Assembly (NCBI RefSeq): GCF_964204645.1
Contig: NC_134035.1
Location: forward strand, 1,798,001-1,862,000
DNA length: 64,000 nt
From: Tubulanus polymorphus
Taxonomy: Eukaryota; Animalia; Nemertea
Direction: 5' to 3'
Part shown: in pieces, positions 51,201-64,000 of the stretch
Layout of the letters: each line of letters starts with the position of its first letter
How positions within the stretch are numbered: position 1 is the stretch's first letter
Made by a program: the position numbers and the translations under genes
The notes under the pieces: generated by a model
The model's database searches: none
The model's input: only the letters and a program-made list of their open reading frames with translations
What the model was told of the DNA's origin: nothing

Positions 51201-54200
51201 ACAAGATAAAATTGTTCACCTGCCAATTTGAATACAGCTAGCACAATCTACTAATTAACACTTCATATATCCTCGTTTATCAGGAGACTGCTCCTCTATT
51301 TTCCATAAGGACCTTAATAAAAAATAGTATTTTATGAACCACTGATCGAAAAGCACCACAGTGAAAAAGTTGCCCACTCGATGTAAGGGATGAATGTGTC
51401 ACAATCGCACTGCTCATGTAGGACAGGTTGATTTTTGAGGGTCAAATGATACTACATATATGCTTGCCCCAAGGTCAAGTGGCATTTATTCCTTAGATCA
51501 AACCCGGCAAACTATTATAAAGGTTTTTCTTCGTGACAATTCAAGATAAATCAAGTATCTTCAAACAAATATGGTTTAACTGACATAAAGCTACAGTAAC
51601 TTCTAAATTATATTATTCAACTTGATAGATATAAATACAACTCTATATAAAGATCAGAAATTCTTCGAGTCCAGATATTACAGGCTCCCACACAGACGCG
51701 GTTTTTATGATAATCAAAACAAAGCTAGGACAATTGACCAATTAGCATTGTATCCTAAAGTTATAAAGAAACTGCTGCTATTTTTGACAGGCCCTTAATT
51801 AAATCAGTATTTCATGAACCACTGAAAAACACCAAAGTGAAATTGTTGCTATAAAACTTAACAACTGAAATGTTTCAAGATGAATGATGAAAATGTACAT
51901 CGATTTATTCACACAACAACAATATCTTAACCGAGGAATCATCATGCAAGTTCCTAATTTATAAACACGCGAACTGTGTTACAATAACAGTCTCCAACAT
52001 AAAAGCATTAAAACTAGAGATGAGAAACTCGGATTCACTCTGGAAATCTTAGTATCAATTAATCAGTCTTAATTTCATTTTCATTAACATTACTTTCACT
52101 AGAAAACTAGAATTTTGCCAACTTTGCCCCGACTTAAAGATTACCTAACACCTTGACATTACATACTAAGTATTCTGACGTTTTTTCTTCCAGCTTTGAA
52201 AAGATCAACGTAATTATACAATCGGTAACTAATCAATAACATCAATAACTAAGTTTATAGCTGTTTAACATTCTTTTAAAAAAGTAAAAAGTATTTACCA
52301 GATTTCAGACAGTAAGTCTATCCCAGTATAACAATAAACAGTCACAGCAGTGATTGAGCTCGGCTAGTTGAAAGGACGGTCGATCTTTCATAACAGTTAT
52401 TCAAAGCATTCTATCATATCAGTTATTTTTTTTAAGTGTGTTTGATTTAGTTAAGGTTTATGGTTATTTGTTTTGTTCATTAGAATAACTGAGTTGATAG
52501 AATGCTTAGAATAACAACTGAAAAGATCTCGGGTTTTTGCTATACTTAGGGAAGGTTGTTCGATAAATGAAGAACCTTGTTGATAAATATTTGAAAAAAT
52601 GCCTTTTCATGTAAATAGAATATCAATTTATTGTTTGTTTGTATTGTTGTTTATTCTATTTATTATTTATTGGTTTTTTTTTATTTTTTAGAATTAATTT
52701 ATGTACTTGTAGTTTGTAGTTATGTATTATTTATACTCCTCTATTTACAACTGCAGGCATTTTTTCACTGTAAAGTTCTGGGCCCATTTTGAAAAAGCGC
52801 TACCGATTCACTGCCACTCCTTAATAATCATTATACACCCGATTTGAAGCCAAGTGATTATTCACGAGAGCCATCTCGTGATGGATTTACCCATTACAAT
52901 AAAAGAAGTTCAAACAGCTATAAACAATGTTAAAATGTTCAAAATCAGTCCTAGCTATAACTTTATGCCTAGCTTTACTTCTCAAATGTAAATAATGGTC
53001 TCCTTTCAAATAAAGCTTTAGTTTTCAAATACGTAGCTATGATCATCAAACAGATTGATGGAGGCTTTAAAAGGTCAATGTGAAAATCGAAATCTACGAT
53101 TCATTTCAAATTTCTCAAATTGGTTACATGGGCCTTCCGAAAATATCAATGCCATCAAATTGGTACATCTACAATTCAGCAAATAGTTAATACCTGTACA
53201 TTAACACTGGTCTAACGTTATGTTCTGTTTCCTAACTATGTGATATCTACACCGACAAATAGCCACAGTTGACTATGTTTAGCTATGGTAAGTTTTGAAG
53301 ATTAAACTCACAATTCATGTTGAAACTATATCTCAGTTTAGGAGTTAACTCAACAGACCTACGAATCCTAACTAGACACTCGACGCGACCATTTACTCCT
53401 AGTGACTAACCTAACTTGACTTATCAATCGACCAAGGATCGAAGACCAATATCTTGAATTAATGGAGCTTAGCTTTTATTAGACTCTCACATTGCATAAA
53501 ACATTATCAAATAGTTTCCTCGAAAACACTATATCATCCATCAGACTGGTTTGAAAAAGACGATAAATAACAAAATTAATACTTTACTACAGAAGTTCGC
53601 TATTGTCTTCGCCGCTCCTGGATCTCAGTGTTTATAACATGCACTATTATTTATGCTGCTCCTAATAAGATACACTATTGTCTTTGCTGCTTTTATAACA
53701 GTGTTTATCCTGAATCAGTGTTTATGAGAATCCATTAGCTTTGTTGCTTGAATCAGTGTTTATAAGATTCACTATTGTCTCTGCTGCTCCTGATAAAATG
53801 TTTTATAGAAATCAACCACCAATTGTAGAAGAATCCATCGTTGAGTGATTAATCCGTTGCTGGCTCCTCAACTTCTCATCTGGGCTTCTGCAGTTTTCAT
53901 CAGCAAATGGGTCGATCAGTATTCATCTATTTGTGAGTCTCTTCTTCAGGCCATTATTGCCGAGATGTAGTTTGGCTGAAACAAAGTTAAGAAAGCAAAA
54001 CATTTCAGACAGATTTATCATAATTTACATGTCATTTCAAATTACAAGCCACCCTGTTTTTCACAAAATAAAATTCATTCACACAATTCAACGTCAATTG
54101 CCAATTTAAACCCCAATAATTAATTAATAGTAGTAGTAGTAGGACTAGTTCATCACTGTTTAAGACTAGTGAAGATAAAAGTTTGAAGATAAAAGCTTTG

Positions 54201-54622
54201 TGGACCGGTAAATAGATTTTGATGATAGTCACTTATTAAATGATATTCATATGAGGACTGAAATATCTATATACAGTAATTTCATGTATATCAACTTACC
54301 TTTAAAGATTGCTGGGTTCAGTTCTGGCCTCTCCCTGTTCCAGTTTGTAGAGTTTGGACGAGTAGTTGATCTCAAGCTAGGCTTTTTCTTATAGTTGAAA
54401 TTTAGCTGCAATGATTAAAAGAAGACATCCTGTAATGACAAAATATTTCAGTTAGAATTTATTGCAATAATTCTATATATACTAAGTTACCTTTTGTGAT
54501 TGCCGGGTTCATTATCGGCGAGGGTCTCCTAAGTTGGTTGTCTAATTTTACATAATTTTTGTTGTTTTTTTCGTGTAAATAGTCCGAAAGTTTACAAGGT
54601 TGTAGAAAATTTTGTCTAAGTT

Positions 54623-54875
54623 TTTTGGATATCTATATTACAAGCTAGACTATTTTTCTGCCTAATTTATTACATTGAGATTTTGGATATCTATATTACA
54701 AGCTAGACTTTTTTTCTGCCTAATTTATTACATTGAGATTTTGGATATCTATATTACAAGCTTGACTTTTTTTCTGCCTAATTTATTACATTGAGATTTT
54801 GGATATCTATATTACAAGATTAACTTTTTTTCTGCCTAATTTATTACATCGAGATTTTGGATATCTATATTATAA
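54623..54875. repeat. 58-bp tandem repeat, about 4.3 copies
   Basis: TTTTGGATATCTATATTA at 54623, 54681, 54739, 54797, 54855. Confidence 0.92.
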
Positions 54876-55814
54876 CGTATTATAAGTAGTATAGCTGAAA
54901 AAAAGAAAATCCTTTCTAATATCACAGATCATAATTAACATATAAAAGATCAGCAATGTGGACCGATACGTAGATTTTGATAATAGTCAATTATTAAACG
55001 ATATGAATCAGAAACGACAGAAGTATGATGATTATTGGGGTGAAAGGAGAGTGAACTCGGGAGGGGGCGTTAGGAGATCTTTTAGACTCCAGTGTTTGGT
55101 GTAGACGGTTACTACAAACCCACCACACCAACTGAGAGTGAAACAGGGTTTGACTTCGAAATCGGAAATCGAAGTACAGATAACGATGTGCGGTCGATTT
55201 TACATAAATTTTTTTTTCTTTAAATCCAAGCACATAATTGGGAATTACGGTTCCGGTTCATTCAATTAATCTTCCAACCAGTCTGAACCGGCAAGCGACT
55301 GATTGGGGTCAATTAAGTTGACTGCCTATTTAAATACATCGAGATTTGGAATATCTATATTACAAGGTTGAAGATCTGGTGGGTAGATCTTAGATTTTAG
55401 GTTTATATCAAGCTGGGCCTTTCCGGATTAAGTTTAGCTGAAATGAATAACAGAACGATATTCTGTAGTTACACAATCCTTTCTGTATCATAGATCGTAA
55501 TTAACATGTATATCAACTTAACTTTCAAGATTGCCAAGTTCAGTGGCGACTAGGATTTTCTTGACGGCCGTACTTCTTTGTCTTCTTGGGTTTTGTCGAA
55601 GCTGAAATTGAGTAAAAGAAAAACATTTTGTAGTCACACATTTCTTCATCATTAATCTTAATTTACATGTGAATCAACTTAACTTTCAAGATTGCCTAGT
55701 TCAGTATTCTTTTTTCAGCATCTTCTGTAGTCGCCTTCTACCATCTTCTTCTTCAACTTCTTGTGAGTCCTGAAATGAAAAAAAAGAGAAGAGCGATGAA
55801 AACCTGGTACGGAA

Positions 55815-56582
55815 CGAAACTAATGTTCGAAAGCTTTACAGCTCTCCGTCGTCGGTCACATGCCGAGAACACCAGACAATGAGCCAGCCAGGAATATACT
55901 GCCCTCTACACGCCCTCACACAGAACGCGAAAACCAGGATGACGACGCCTCACATTCCCCATCTAACTGCAGGATGTACTGGGCGACGTCAGTAACTGAC
56001 ACACCTGTAAAATTGCACGAAACACAAATAGCGCAGTACAACCAGCTTGACCGGGTTGAGATTCAGGATCTCAACTAGCACCCAAAAGCGTGACAAGAGA
56101 CTTCATCCACTGACCGAGGTTGTCACAAGGACACAATGAAACTAGCACTCACAAGCCGACGAGACTTCATCCACTGACCGGGGTTGTCACAAGGACACAA
56201 TGAAAACTAGCACTCAAACTAGAAATCAAAGAGCGTGACAGTAGAATCATCCCTCAGCCGACTCAGAATACCAGAAACAAAGAGCGTGACAGTAGAATCA
56301 TCCCTCATCCGGGCGGTCACAAGGACACAATGAATGCTAGTAGCGTGACAATCCAGTATAACCGCTCCATTTGTATCCCGCGCAATCCCGCAGATATGCC
56401 CGTCATTGACATCACTCAGCACACTTTGCAGATAGGTGGGGGCAGTGAGGCCTGGTCATCCTGGTTTTCGTGTTCCGTATGAGGGCGTGTAGAGGGCAGA
56501 ATTTCCTGACCGACTCTTTGTCTGACATCCTCGACACGTGACCGGCGAAGGAGAGCTGACGCTTTCGGACATTAGTTTTGTT
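55815..56582. repeat. Inverted pair of RTE-like LINE 3' fragments (~55815-55975 plus; ~56420-56582 minus) around ~60-bp direct repeats
   Basis: AACTAATGT.CGAAAGC..CAGCTCTCC..CG.CGGTCAC and CTGCCCTCTACACGCCCTCA..GAAAACCAGGATGAC on opposite strands; peptide VRKRQLSFAGHVSR. Confidence 0.7.
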
Positions 56583-57548
56583 CCAGCAAACGTCGAAATT
56601 CGACAGAGAAATCGGCCCTGAAAAATAAAACGGATTAGAACCTGAAAAATAGAACGGATTAATAAACACGGAACAGTACAGGACAGTACGGAGACGAACA
56701 GTTACACATAAAACATAAAGACGTCGTTCCTCAGGAAGCAGGAACAGGAGCGCAGCGAAGATCGCCAGGATCATGATCGCCAGGAGAATCCACGGAAGCA
56801 TGTCTGCACAGTGTGAGAGAGCGGAGGTGAATGATTTCCTATGCTTACGCACTGTGGTCAGCCGGTGACGTATTCCAATTATGATCAATAGCGCGTGTGA
56901 AAGATATCAACAAACTCTGAAAAACCGCAATTGTGTCTCTTTATTGTTGAATGGAGTTATCGAGGGTTCAACTGCCGGGTTGAACACGCGCCAGTAGCCA
57001 GCTGAACAATCGTGGAACTTTAATAAGGCCATAAAAATAAATTACTTGATTCCCAACAGCTCCCTCTCCTAATTTAGCCGCCGCCTGTTTTTGTGTCTTA
57101 AATTTTAGAATAATTTATTGAAAAATCGAAGAATAAAAACGATAAAATTTATTGATGAAAATCTCTAGTACCTTTATTTCTCATAAATGCATAGCTTCCC
57201 CGAAAGTAGTGACATAAATAATTCCAAGTTCAAGGCTAAACAAAAATGATACTTTGTTTCTTCGCAGCGGACGGGTCATTTTTGTGAGATATAATAAAAT
57301 TGGTTATCAGTTCCTGATGGGTCTTTTATAAGGTTATGGTAAATTGATCACGATTTTAAAAACAGTAGGCCTTCAGACCCGGGGTCAAACCCCCAGTCTG
57401 TGGATTGAATTGGATTGATTGTGCCCGGAGGTCAGAATTCGCGGGTGGCTCCACCGGTGTATAGAAGTGACGGGCGATGATGATTTCTGACTTCTGAAAT
57501 ATATCTTCGTTTTTCTGCTGTGTGAGATATTCAGGCAGGGATTTAGAG

Positions 57549-60500
57549 ATGAGTATTAAAGCGTTTGAGCTGGTGGCTGCTTTAGAGCGCTCAAAATTAG
57601 CGTCGGAAAAGGCTCATATGCAGGTGAGAGAAGACGGAGAGAGATTCTGTCTGGGTCGAGAGATTTTCATTTCCGGGTTCATCAAAATATCATAATATTG
57701 TAAAAATTGGAGGCCTAAACAAGTTTAAAAATTCTATTACTACCGGAAACATGTTCTACCCCTGATCTTAGTTTATGAACAACATTCAGTTCATTCAATC
57801 ATCGATCATGTACATCCAATTCCAAGCGGTATCTGTTTCGGTTTAGTCTTTGGAAACCCGATTTCCCGAACGAAGAAAGTCCCATCAAAATGTAACAACT
57901 TTATGCTGATAACTAACCACTTAAACATTACAATTGTTGTTTCATGATTTTATTTTCTGAGTGTCTCAATTAATTGTGCTAAATTCATGATTTCCGCTTG
58001 TAAAAATTCCACCATTCTCTTAGTTAGTTACCTACTAATCAGTTGGTGGTAAGCTTTTTATAATCGGATGGGCTTATACCAATGGGCTTTTATGTCGTTT
58101 GTGAAAATATCCGATCGTGAAACTAAACCACAGTCAGGTTACTGACTTTAGGCCTACTAAGATGTTTCTGTCTTTAGCACATTCCTTAAAACTATCAGCA
58201 CATTGGAGTTGACTCCTGGCGCAGGAAAAGTTCTGTTCTTATTTGTATTTTTCCTTGTTGTTAATTTAGATTGAGTGCATCGAATGTTGTGGAAAAAATC
58301 TTTACATCGGCACAAGTGAATGGTGAGTATTAAGAGGATAGAAATAGGCTGTAAAGCCTCCAATGGATCCATCAATTGAAAACTCCTGAAAACAAGAGTC
58401 CCCCGGTCATGCTTATTACCGAGATGATCTCGGTAAAATACGTCATCTCACTAATAAGGATGACCCGAGCCCCCTCCCCTCCTGAAAACAAGAGCCCCCT
58501 CCCCTCCTGAAAACAAGTGCCCCCTCCCCTCCTGAAAACAAGAGCCCCCTCCCCTCCTGAAAACAAGAGCCCCTCCCTCCTGAAAACAAGAGCCCCCTCC
58601 CCTCCTGAAAACAAGAGCCCCCTCCCCTCCTGAAAATAATAGCCCCCCTCCCCTCCTGAAAACAAGAGTCCCTCCCCTCCTGAAAACAATAGCCCCCCCT
58701 CCCCTCCTGAAAACAAGAGTCCCTCCCCTCCTGTAAACAATAGCCCCCTCCCTTCCTTGTGCGATTCTGTTGATTTTGTATTATTTTACAGTTTCGTAAT
58801 GCATTACGGCATCGAAGAGAGGCAACATACGAACGGTCGCACGAGTTACCACGTCGAGAAAAAAGGTCACAAGTACTTAGCCGTGGTAAATATAGAAAAA
58901 AATGATGTTATATCACTCGTTATTAACTCTCTGTCCAACCCACTGATCAAATAGCAAATAGCAGACGAAATGTATTTTTTTATAGAAAAAACCTGTGGTT
59001 CAACTGAAGGCGGCGATAGCCCTGAATAGAATACTAGTGCTGTGCGATAATACGCTGAATCTGTTGAATATGCTCGACTTGGAGGTAAATATTTGAATCA
59101 TTACTATCAAAAATATCGATAACTGTCTTTCAAAATTCTCAAAATGATTAGAAGATTTGCTAACAATTTTTCTCAAACGGGCTTCACTTACCACCAGCAT
59201 TAGGAAATGAATTTGGAAGTTGGTGGAATTCACAGCAAGGGTTTAATTATATTTTTTTCGTTTCCGTTGTAAGCCAATCGTCAGCGGTGCTAAAATAAAA
59301 GGAGTGACATCGTTTTGTATGAACCACAACCCAACGACGAGAAACAACTTACTGAGTGTCGAGGTAAAACTGAACATTTCACTTTGCTTGCATTGATAAT
59401 TGGATTCTCTATCTCATAATGATGAGCTACAGTTGGTTAAGTGATAATCAGTGGATAGTTGACATAGTGACAATTAAAAGTTCATTGTTACTATGGGCCC
59501 AGTTCCACATTTGTGAGTTAGTGTTAACTGTGAGTTAAAGTTAGTTCATTTTCGATGATTTAACTCAGAGTTAAATCTTAACTCAGAACTGTGGAACTGG
59601 ACCATGGTGTTTATCCGCTTTTGAGCTACTGGCTGAGAGCGCTAAATCCAGCCAGGCTGATCAACGCGCTGGATTATTTTATTCCATGAACGATTTATTT
59701 TATTTCTTCCAGATCGCCGTTGCCCTGAAAAGAAAGTGCGTGCAAATTTATACGGTGACGCAAGATAAAGTCGTCCACATGAGAGACGTCAATTTACCGG
59801 AGCTTCCCTTAACGATGGTACGTACTACGTGATATTCACTCTAACTCGGGCCTTGGTCGGAATTGGTAAAATCTCGGAAATGTTGATTGTGGAAACTGAA
59901 TTTTGAGGCATTCAAGATTTAAGATGTCTAAACCCTGGCTAATTAAGCCATGAAGGATAATGATTTGCTTATCAAGCCACATCCACCGAAATGGTTTACC
60001 GAGATAAACACTACTGATTTAATAGGATTATGACTGTAATTGGGATATGAAAGTGATGCAGACGCTTCCTCAAAATATGAAATTTTCTTCTTTAAAACTC
60101 CATGGTCCAGTTCCACAGTTCTGAGTTAAGATTTGACTCTGGGTTTAAACATTGAAAATGAACTAACTTCAACTCAGAGTTAACTCTAACTCACAACTGT
60201 GGAACTGCGTCCTTATATCCAGGATTGACCAATCTGTTGGCACCCTGATAAATTCAATCAAATAGGTTGAGAGAAAATCATCCCCAGTTTCAACATAATT
60301 GAGAAGATTCAAACTTTGAAACTGTTGAACAGGGCCCAGTTTCACAAAAAGGTTTAACTCTTAAATCGATTTAATTTCTTCATTAATTCAGTTTATCTTA
60401 AATCGATTTAGGCTTTAATCCTTTTTTGTGAAACTGGGCCCTGGATCGTGGAGACGCGATAGATTAATCTCGTTCTCGTTTCACAGGCCGTCGATGGATT

Positions 60501-63500
60501 TTCTGTATGCGTTGCGTGTACGAGTCACTATTTGATAGCTAACTACGACACCGGTCAAATGCAGGATCTGTTCCCGTACGAGAGCGAATTCACTACACCT
60601 ATCACACTGAGAATCAGTCGGGTAAGTCCTAATATCACTTACTCGTATAGAGGCATCCTCCATTGAATAAACCCTGAGCGATCAACCATTCCATTAGGTG
60701 GCGTGAAAAATAAGTTTCGATGGCATGCGTATCACTTTTTACATAATCGATAGTTACTTAAACTAGGCCATAGTTTTCGCACGATGCACACTTGACTTCA
60801 AACAGACGTAGTTCATACATCGGTTATGGGTCGGTCGGCTGTTGTTATCAAAAATAAAATTTATCTCAATGAATCCCAGAAAAAGTTTTCACTGGCTCGG
60901 TACTTTCGATGTTGGGTCGGTCGGGTTACGATGAACAGACCATTATTTTGGGATGGCCTAATCGAATGTTTAGTTTTGGTTATTTAATATATTTGTAGGA
61001 GGAGTTTTTGCTGAGCGGTCCGAGTGCGTTGGGAATGTTCGTGACGTCTGCTGGTATCTCGCAGCGTCCGCCGTTACAATGGGGCGATCGATTGACCTCT
61101 ATCGCTTACCATCAGCCGTATATACTAGCATTAAATGACGAATTCATTACTATTCACAGGTGACTATCAATTATTCCTAACTCTAGTCATAAGTCGCTTC
61201 TTTCAATTGGCCACAAGTGAAACTGAGAGCGTTTGAAATTCATCATTCGGTCAGTTTGTATAATTGTGAATACTCCACTGATTGATGATTGAAATCAGTT
61301 GGGTTTAAAGTTACTTCGTATCATTGCTTCAACTGCCTTCAAAATCAATCATAAAACGATGTTTTAAGTGAAACTGAAGTCAGTTTGAAAGTAGCAGTTT
61401 GTATCGATGTGAATATTCTTCTTCAGACCGAGATTAGAATCAGTTGTGCTTTAACAGCGAAGTTAATCATAGCTTAAAGCTGTGTTTTGGTTTGAATAGT
61501 GGATTCAAGATAATATCTATCATGGGTATCACGTTGATTGGCATTCTGAAACATGGAAGGGCGTCTCTGAGTTGGTCATGGTTTTGGTATCAGCTTATGA
61601 ATAAAGTCTTCGTTTCGTATTTTGTAGTATTATCGACCAACAGCAAAAACAAACAATACCTTTCCAAGGCGGTGTGTTCCTGGGCGTGTTCGAAGATAAG
61701 ATATTGGTCGCGTCGAGTAAAGAGATCTACGCCCTAGTGCCGGTCGCCTGGGAGAAACAGATACAGAGTCTACTGGTGGATAAACGTGTATCAGAGGCGT
61801 TGGATCTGGCTAAAACTGCTCGCAAGTCGGCCAGTAATAGGGAGAATTTCATGAAGGTATTTGAATGTATGAGTATCTGGCATCGGATATGATGTCAGGG
61901 TTCGTGCATTTTTTTGATAGAAATCTGAATTTCATATCAGGAAATTTTAGATCGGGGAATTCGGGATAGAGAGATTCGCAGAGGAACTCTGATATGAACA
62001 AACTATAAGTTTTGATAAACAGAAAACTGAAACAAACTAGATTAACCTAAGTTAACCTATAAATTACTATCTGTATTGTTTTACTTATTTCCAATGTTTT
62101 GCCTGTAGACCAAAAGGTTAACCGGTGAATACGTCAGAATCTCTGGCGATATCTAAATATGATTAATTTTCTTTTAGTTGTATAAACGTATCCAACAACA
62201 AGCAGGATTTATCGAGTTTTGCGAGAGACATTTCGACGAAGCGACCGAACTATTCATCAGCGGTAAAATAGACGTTCGCGAGGTGAGTTCTATTTCTATT
62301 GTTTGGACATGTTTCCGAGGGAGAGGCATTCGTTATGATTCAGCCAAGTTTTTGAGTGAAACTAAGAGCTTTTGAAAGTCGCCTCCTGCGCACGGTTTGT
62401 ATCGATATGAATATTCTTCGGACCGAGTTCATCCTGGATGGTTGAAATCAGATGTGTTCAAAGAAAGTTACGTCGTATCTTTGGTTTAATTGTCTTCAAA
62501 ATCATGTGATCTTAGCTTGAAGCCACATTTTAAGCGAAACTAAGAGCGTTTGAAAGTCGTCATTCAGAACACAGTTTATATCAATGTGAATATTCTTTAG
62601 ACGGTTATGAACGATTGTAAGAAAGATGTGGAAAATGAAATTGGGAGACCCAAACAAACCCTTTGGGTGGCTCCAAGTGGACTTATCAGTTATAATGGAA
62701 ATACAGTTGGTTGAATTTGTGTATTATTTCTCTCTTTTCAGATTATCACTCTGTATCCGGGCTTACTGCCGTTGAGTTCGAATTTCACGCGCGTCGTGCC
62801 CGCGCTTCACGACATCGCCGACATCAATCAGTATTGCCGCGGCGACCAATCGATGATCAAAGAGTACAAACGATACGCGATGAATTTCCTCGAGAAAATC
62901 CGCGCGCGCGACCTCGCCAAACACTGCCAGAAAGAGGTTGACTCGGCGCTGTTGAAGCTGTACGCCGAGATGGAGTCGCCCGAGTTGATCGCGTTGATCG
63001 CGACGGAGCACGCCTGCGATATGAAGGACTCGGAACAGTATCTGATCAGTTTCGGTCGGTTCAACGCGCTCGGGTTGATGTACCGGTTTCAAGGCAATTA
63101 CGACCGCGCGATGCAAGTTTGGGCGAAGTAAGTGCTGCGTTTATTGGGAAGTAAATATGAACTGAAAACGAAACGAAATGTAAGAAACGAGATGTAAGAA
63201 AAAAAATAACAGTTGTTTGTATTGATATTGCGGTTTCATCTCATCGATACTCAACTGGGTTCGGGGGCTAACTAAATTCATTATCAATTGAGTTAGCTAA
63301 ATTCATTATCAATTGAGTTAGCTAAATTCATTATCAATTGAGTTAGCCCACGGGTTTAAGGTAATACTGGTCTATAAAACCGGGCCCTGTTGTATAAATT
63401 GATATCGTGGGTTTCTCTCAATGATATTCGTCAAGACTGGAAATAGTCTCGACTATTTACAACAGTAAAACTAATTAAAACTGTAAACATTGCCTAATTT

Positions 63501-63719
63501 GGACATGGCCAACTTGGACTTTTGAATAATTTAGAGAAAAAAAATTTAGATTTAGATTTCTGATCTTATTTGTCTGAGGTTTACTGTTGTATTCCAAAAG
63601 TGTTTGTTTCCTATATAATAATGATATATATTGTTGTTGATCTGTTTTAGAATCGTGGATGGTGAATATTCTGACGAATCGTTCTTAGGTTTGGATTTTA
63701 TCATCGAATTCCTCGCAAA
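57549..63719 (+). CDS. TGFBRAP1: TGF-beta receptor-associated protein 1 / VPS3 (CORVET subunit, CNH domain); 3' part continues beyond the window
   Basis: Exons 57549-57623, 58270-58322, 58792-58885, 58986-59084, 59274-59363, 59713-59817, 60487-60621, 60999-61159, 61628-61856, 62178-62282, 62742-63127, 63651-63719, all phase-consistent. Peptides MSIKAFELV, IECIECCGKNLYIGT, EEFLLSGPSALGMF..GISQRPP, YKRIQQQAGFIEF, VDSALLKLYAE match TGFBRAP1 as recalled. Confidence 0.95.
58466..58755. repeat. ~25-bp C-rich minisatellite, about 11 copies, in TGFBRAP1 intron 2
   Basis: CCCCTCCCCTCCTGAAAACAAGAGC units; explains ORF 58372-58740. Confidence 0.95.
59496..59603. mobile_element. Fold-back MITE (GGCCCAGTTCCACA...TGTGGAACTGGACC) nested in another MITE; second copy ~60104-60212
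   Basis: TIRs plus 3-bp ATG duplication (59493-59495, 59604-59606). Confidence 0.8.
60333..60440. mobile_element. Fold-back MITE (GGCCCAGTTTCACAAAAA...TTTTTGTGAAACTGGGCC); relative at ~43377-43482
   Basis: Perfect 18-bp TIR, CAG/CTG flanks. Confidence 0.8.
60764..60960. mobile_element. Small non-autonomous DNA element
   Basis: Termini TAGGCCAT...ATGGCCTA with internal GGGTCGGTCGG repeats. Confidence 0.5.
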
Positions 63720-64000
63720 GTAAGCACTGCCAGGGGTCAGTAGTTGCTCAACAGTTAGTTAAAGATTACCGACGGATAATAACTGTAACCAGGAGTTACT
63801 ATATATATTGTATATTCTATTCCAGTGTTGTGTTTTGTATTTTGTTGTCGGTATTGGGAATTTAGATTTGGAGGACCCTACCACACGGTGGCCAATAACA
63901 TCTGGCAAGTGTGGGTTACATAACCATAGTACCAATGAAGTTTTAATTGTTATTATGTCAACTATCCACTGGTTAATTCTAACCAACTATCGAGCAACTG

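Larger units (their letters stand above)
53470..56900 (-). ncRNA. Candidate multi-exon lncRNA (or decayed gene) divergent from TGFBRAP1
   Basis: Series of minus-strand pyrimidine-CAG acceptors (~56617, 56005, 55770, 55602, 55438, 54895, 54406, 53976), donors at ~55681, 55521, 54490, 54299, paralogous ~80-nt introns, AATAAA at ~53475; no sustained ORF. Confidence 0.4.

Noticed and set aside
55438-55681. Intronic box C/D snoRNAs in the candidate lncRNA
   Set aside because: One ATGATGA seen but no D box or terminal stem; the introns are only about 80 nt
56412-56888. 158-aa membrane-protein-like ORF
   Set aside because: Chimera of a low-complexity stretch, a probable intron with duplicated acceptors and a frameshifted LINE fragment
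58372-58740. GGEG-repeat ORF
   Set aside because: Antisense reading of an intronic 25-bp minisatellite

Overview
AT-rich, intron-containing animal (invertebrate, probably lophotrochozoan; inference) genomic DNA. Three conserved spliced genes were reconstructed exon by exon: the 3' part of an inactive phospholipase C-like gene (PLCL/PRIP, +, 406-6366), a complete mitochondrial AGXT2 (-, 42865-48282, 13 coding exons, 497 aa) and the 5' part of TGFBRAP1/VPS3 (+, from 57549, runs off the window). Between PLCL and AGXT2 lies a tandem cluster of class A GPCRs with uninterrupted ORFs. It has 3 intact genes, 1 frameshifted gene and 1 collapsed locus, whose retained upstream region now points into an inverted (antisense) piece of receptor CDS. 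The cluster is embedded in a segmental duplication hit by a Copia LTR element, an RTE-X-like LINE and a satellite-carrying Helentron-type element. The rest contains many MITEs, minisatellites, an orphan coding-like exon and two candidate spliced non-coding units. Nothing prokaryotic (no CRISPR, no operon) is present. All homology calls are from recognition of motifs, not from database searches.
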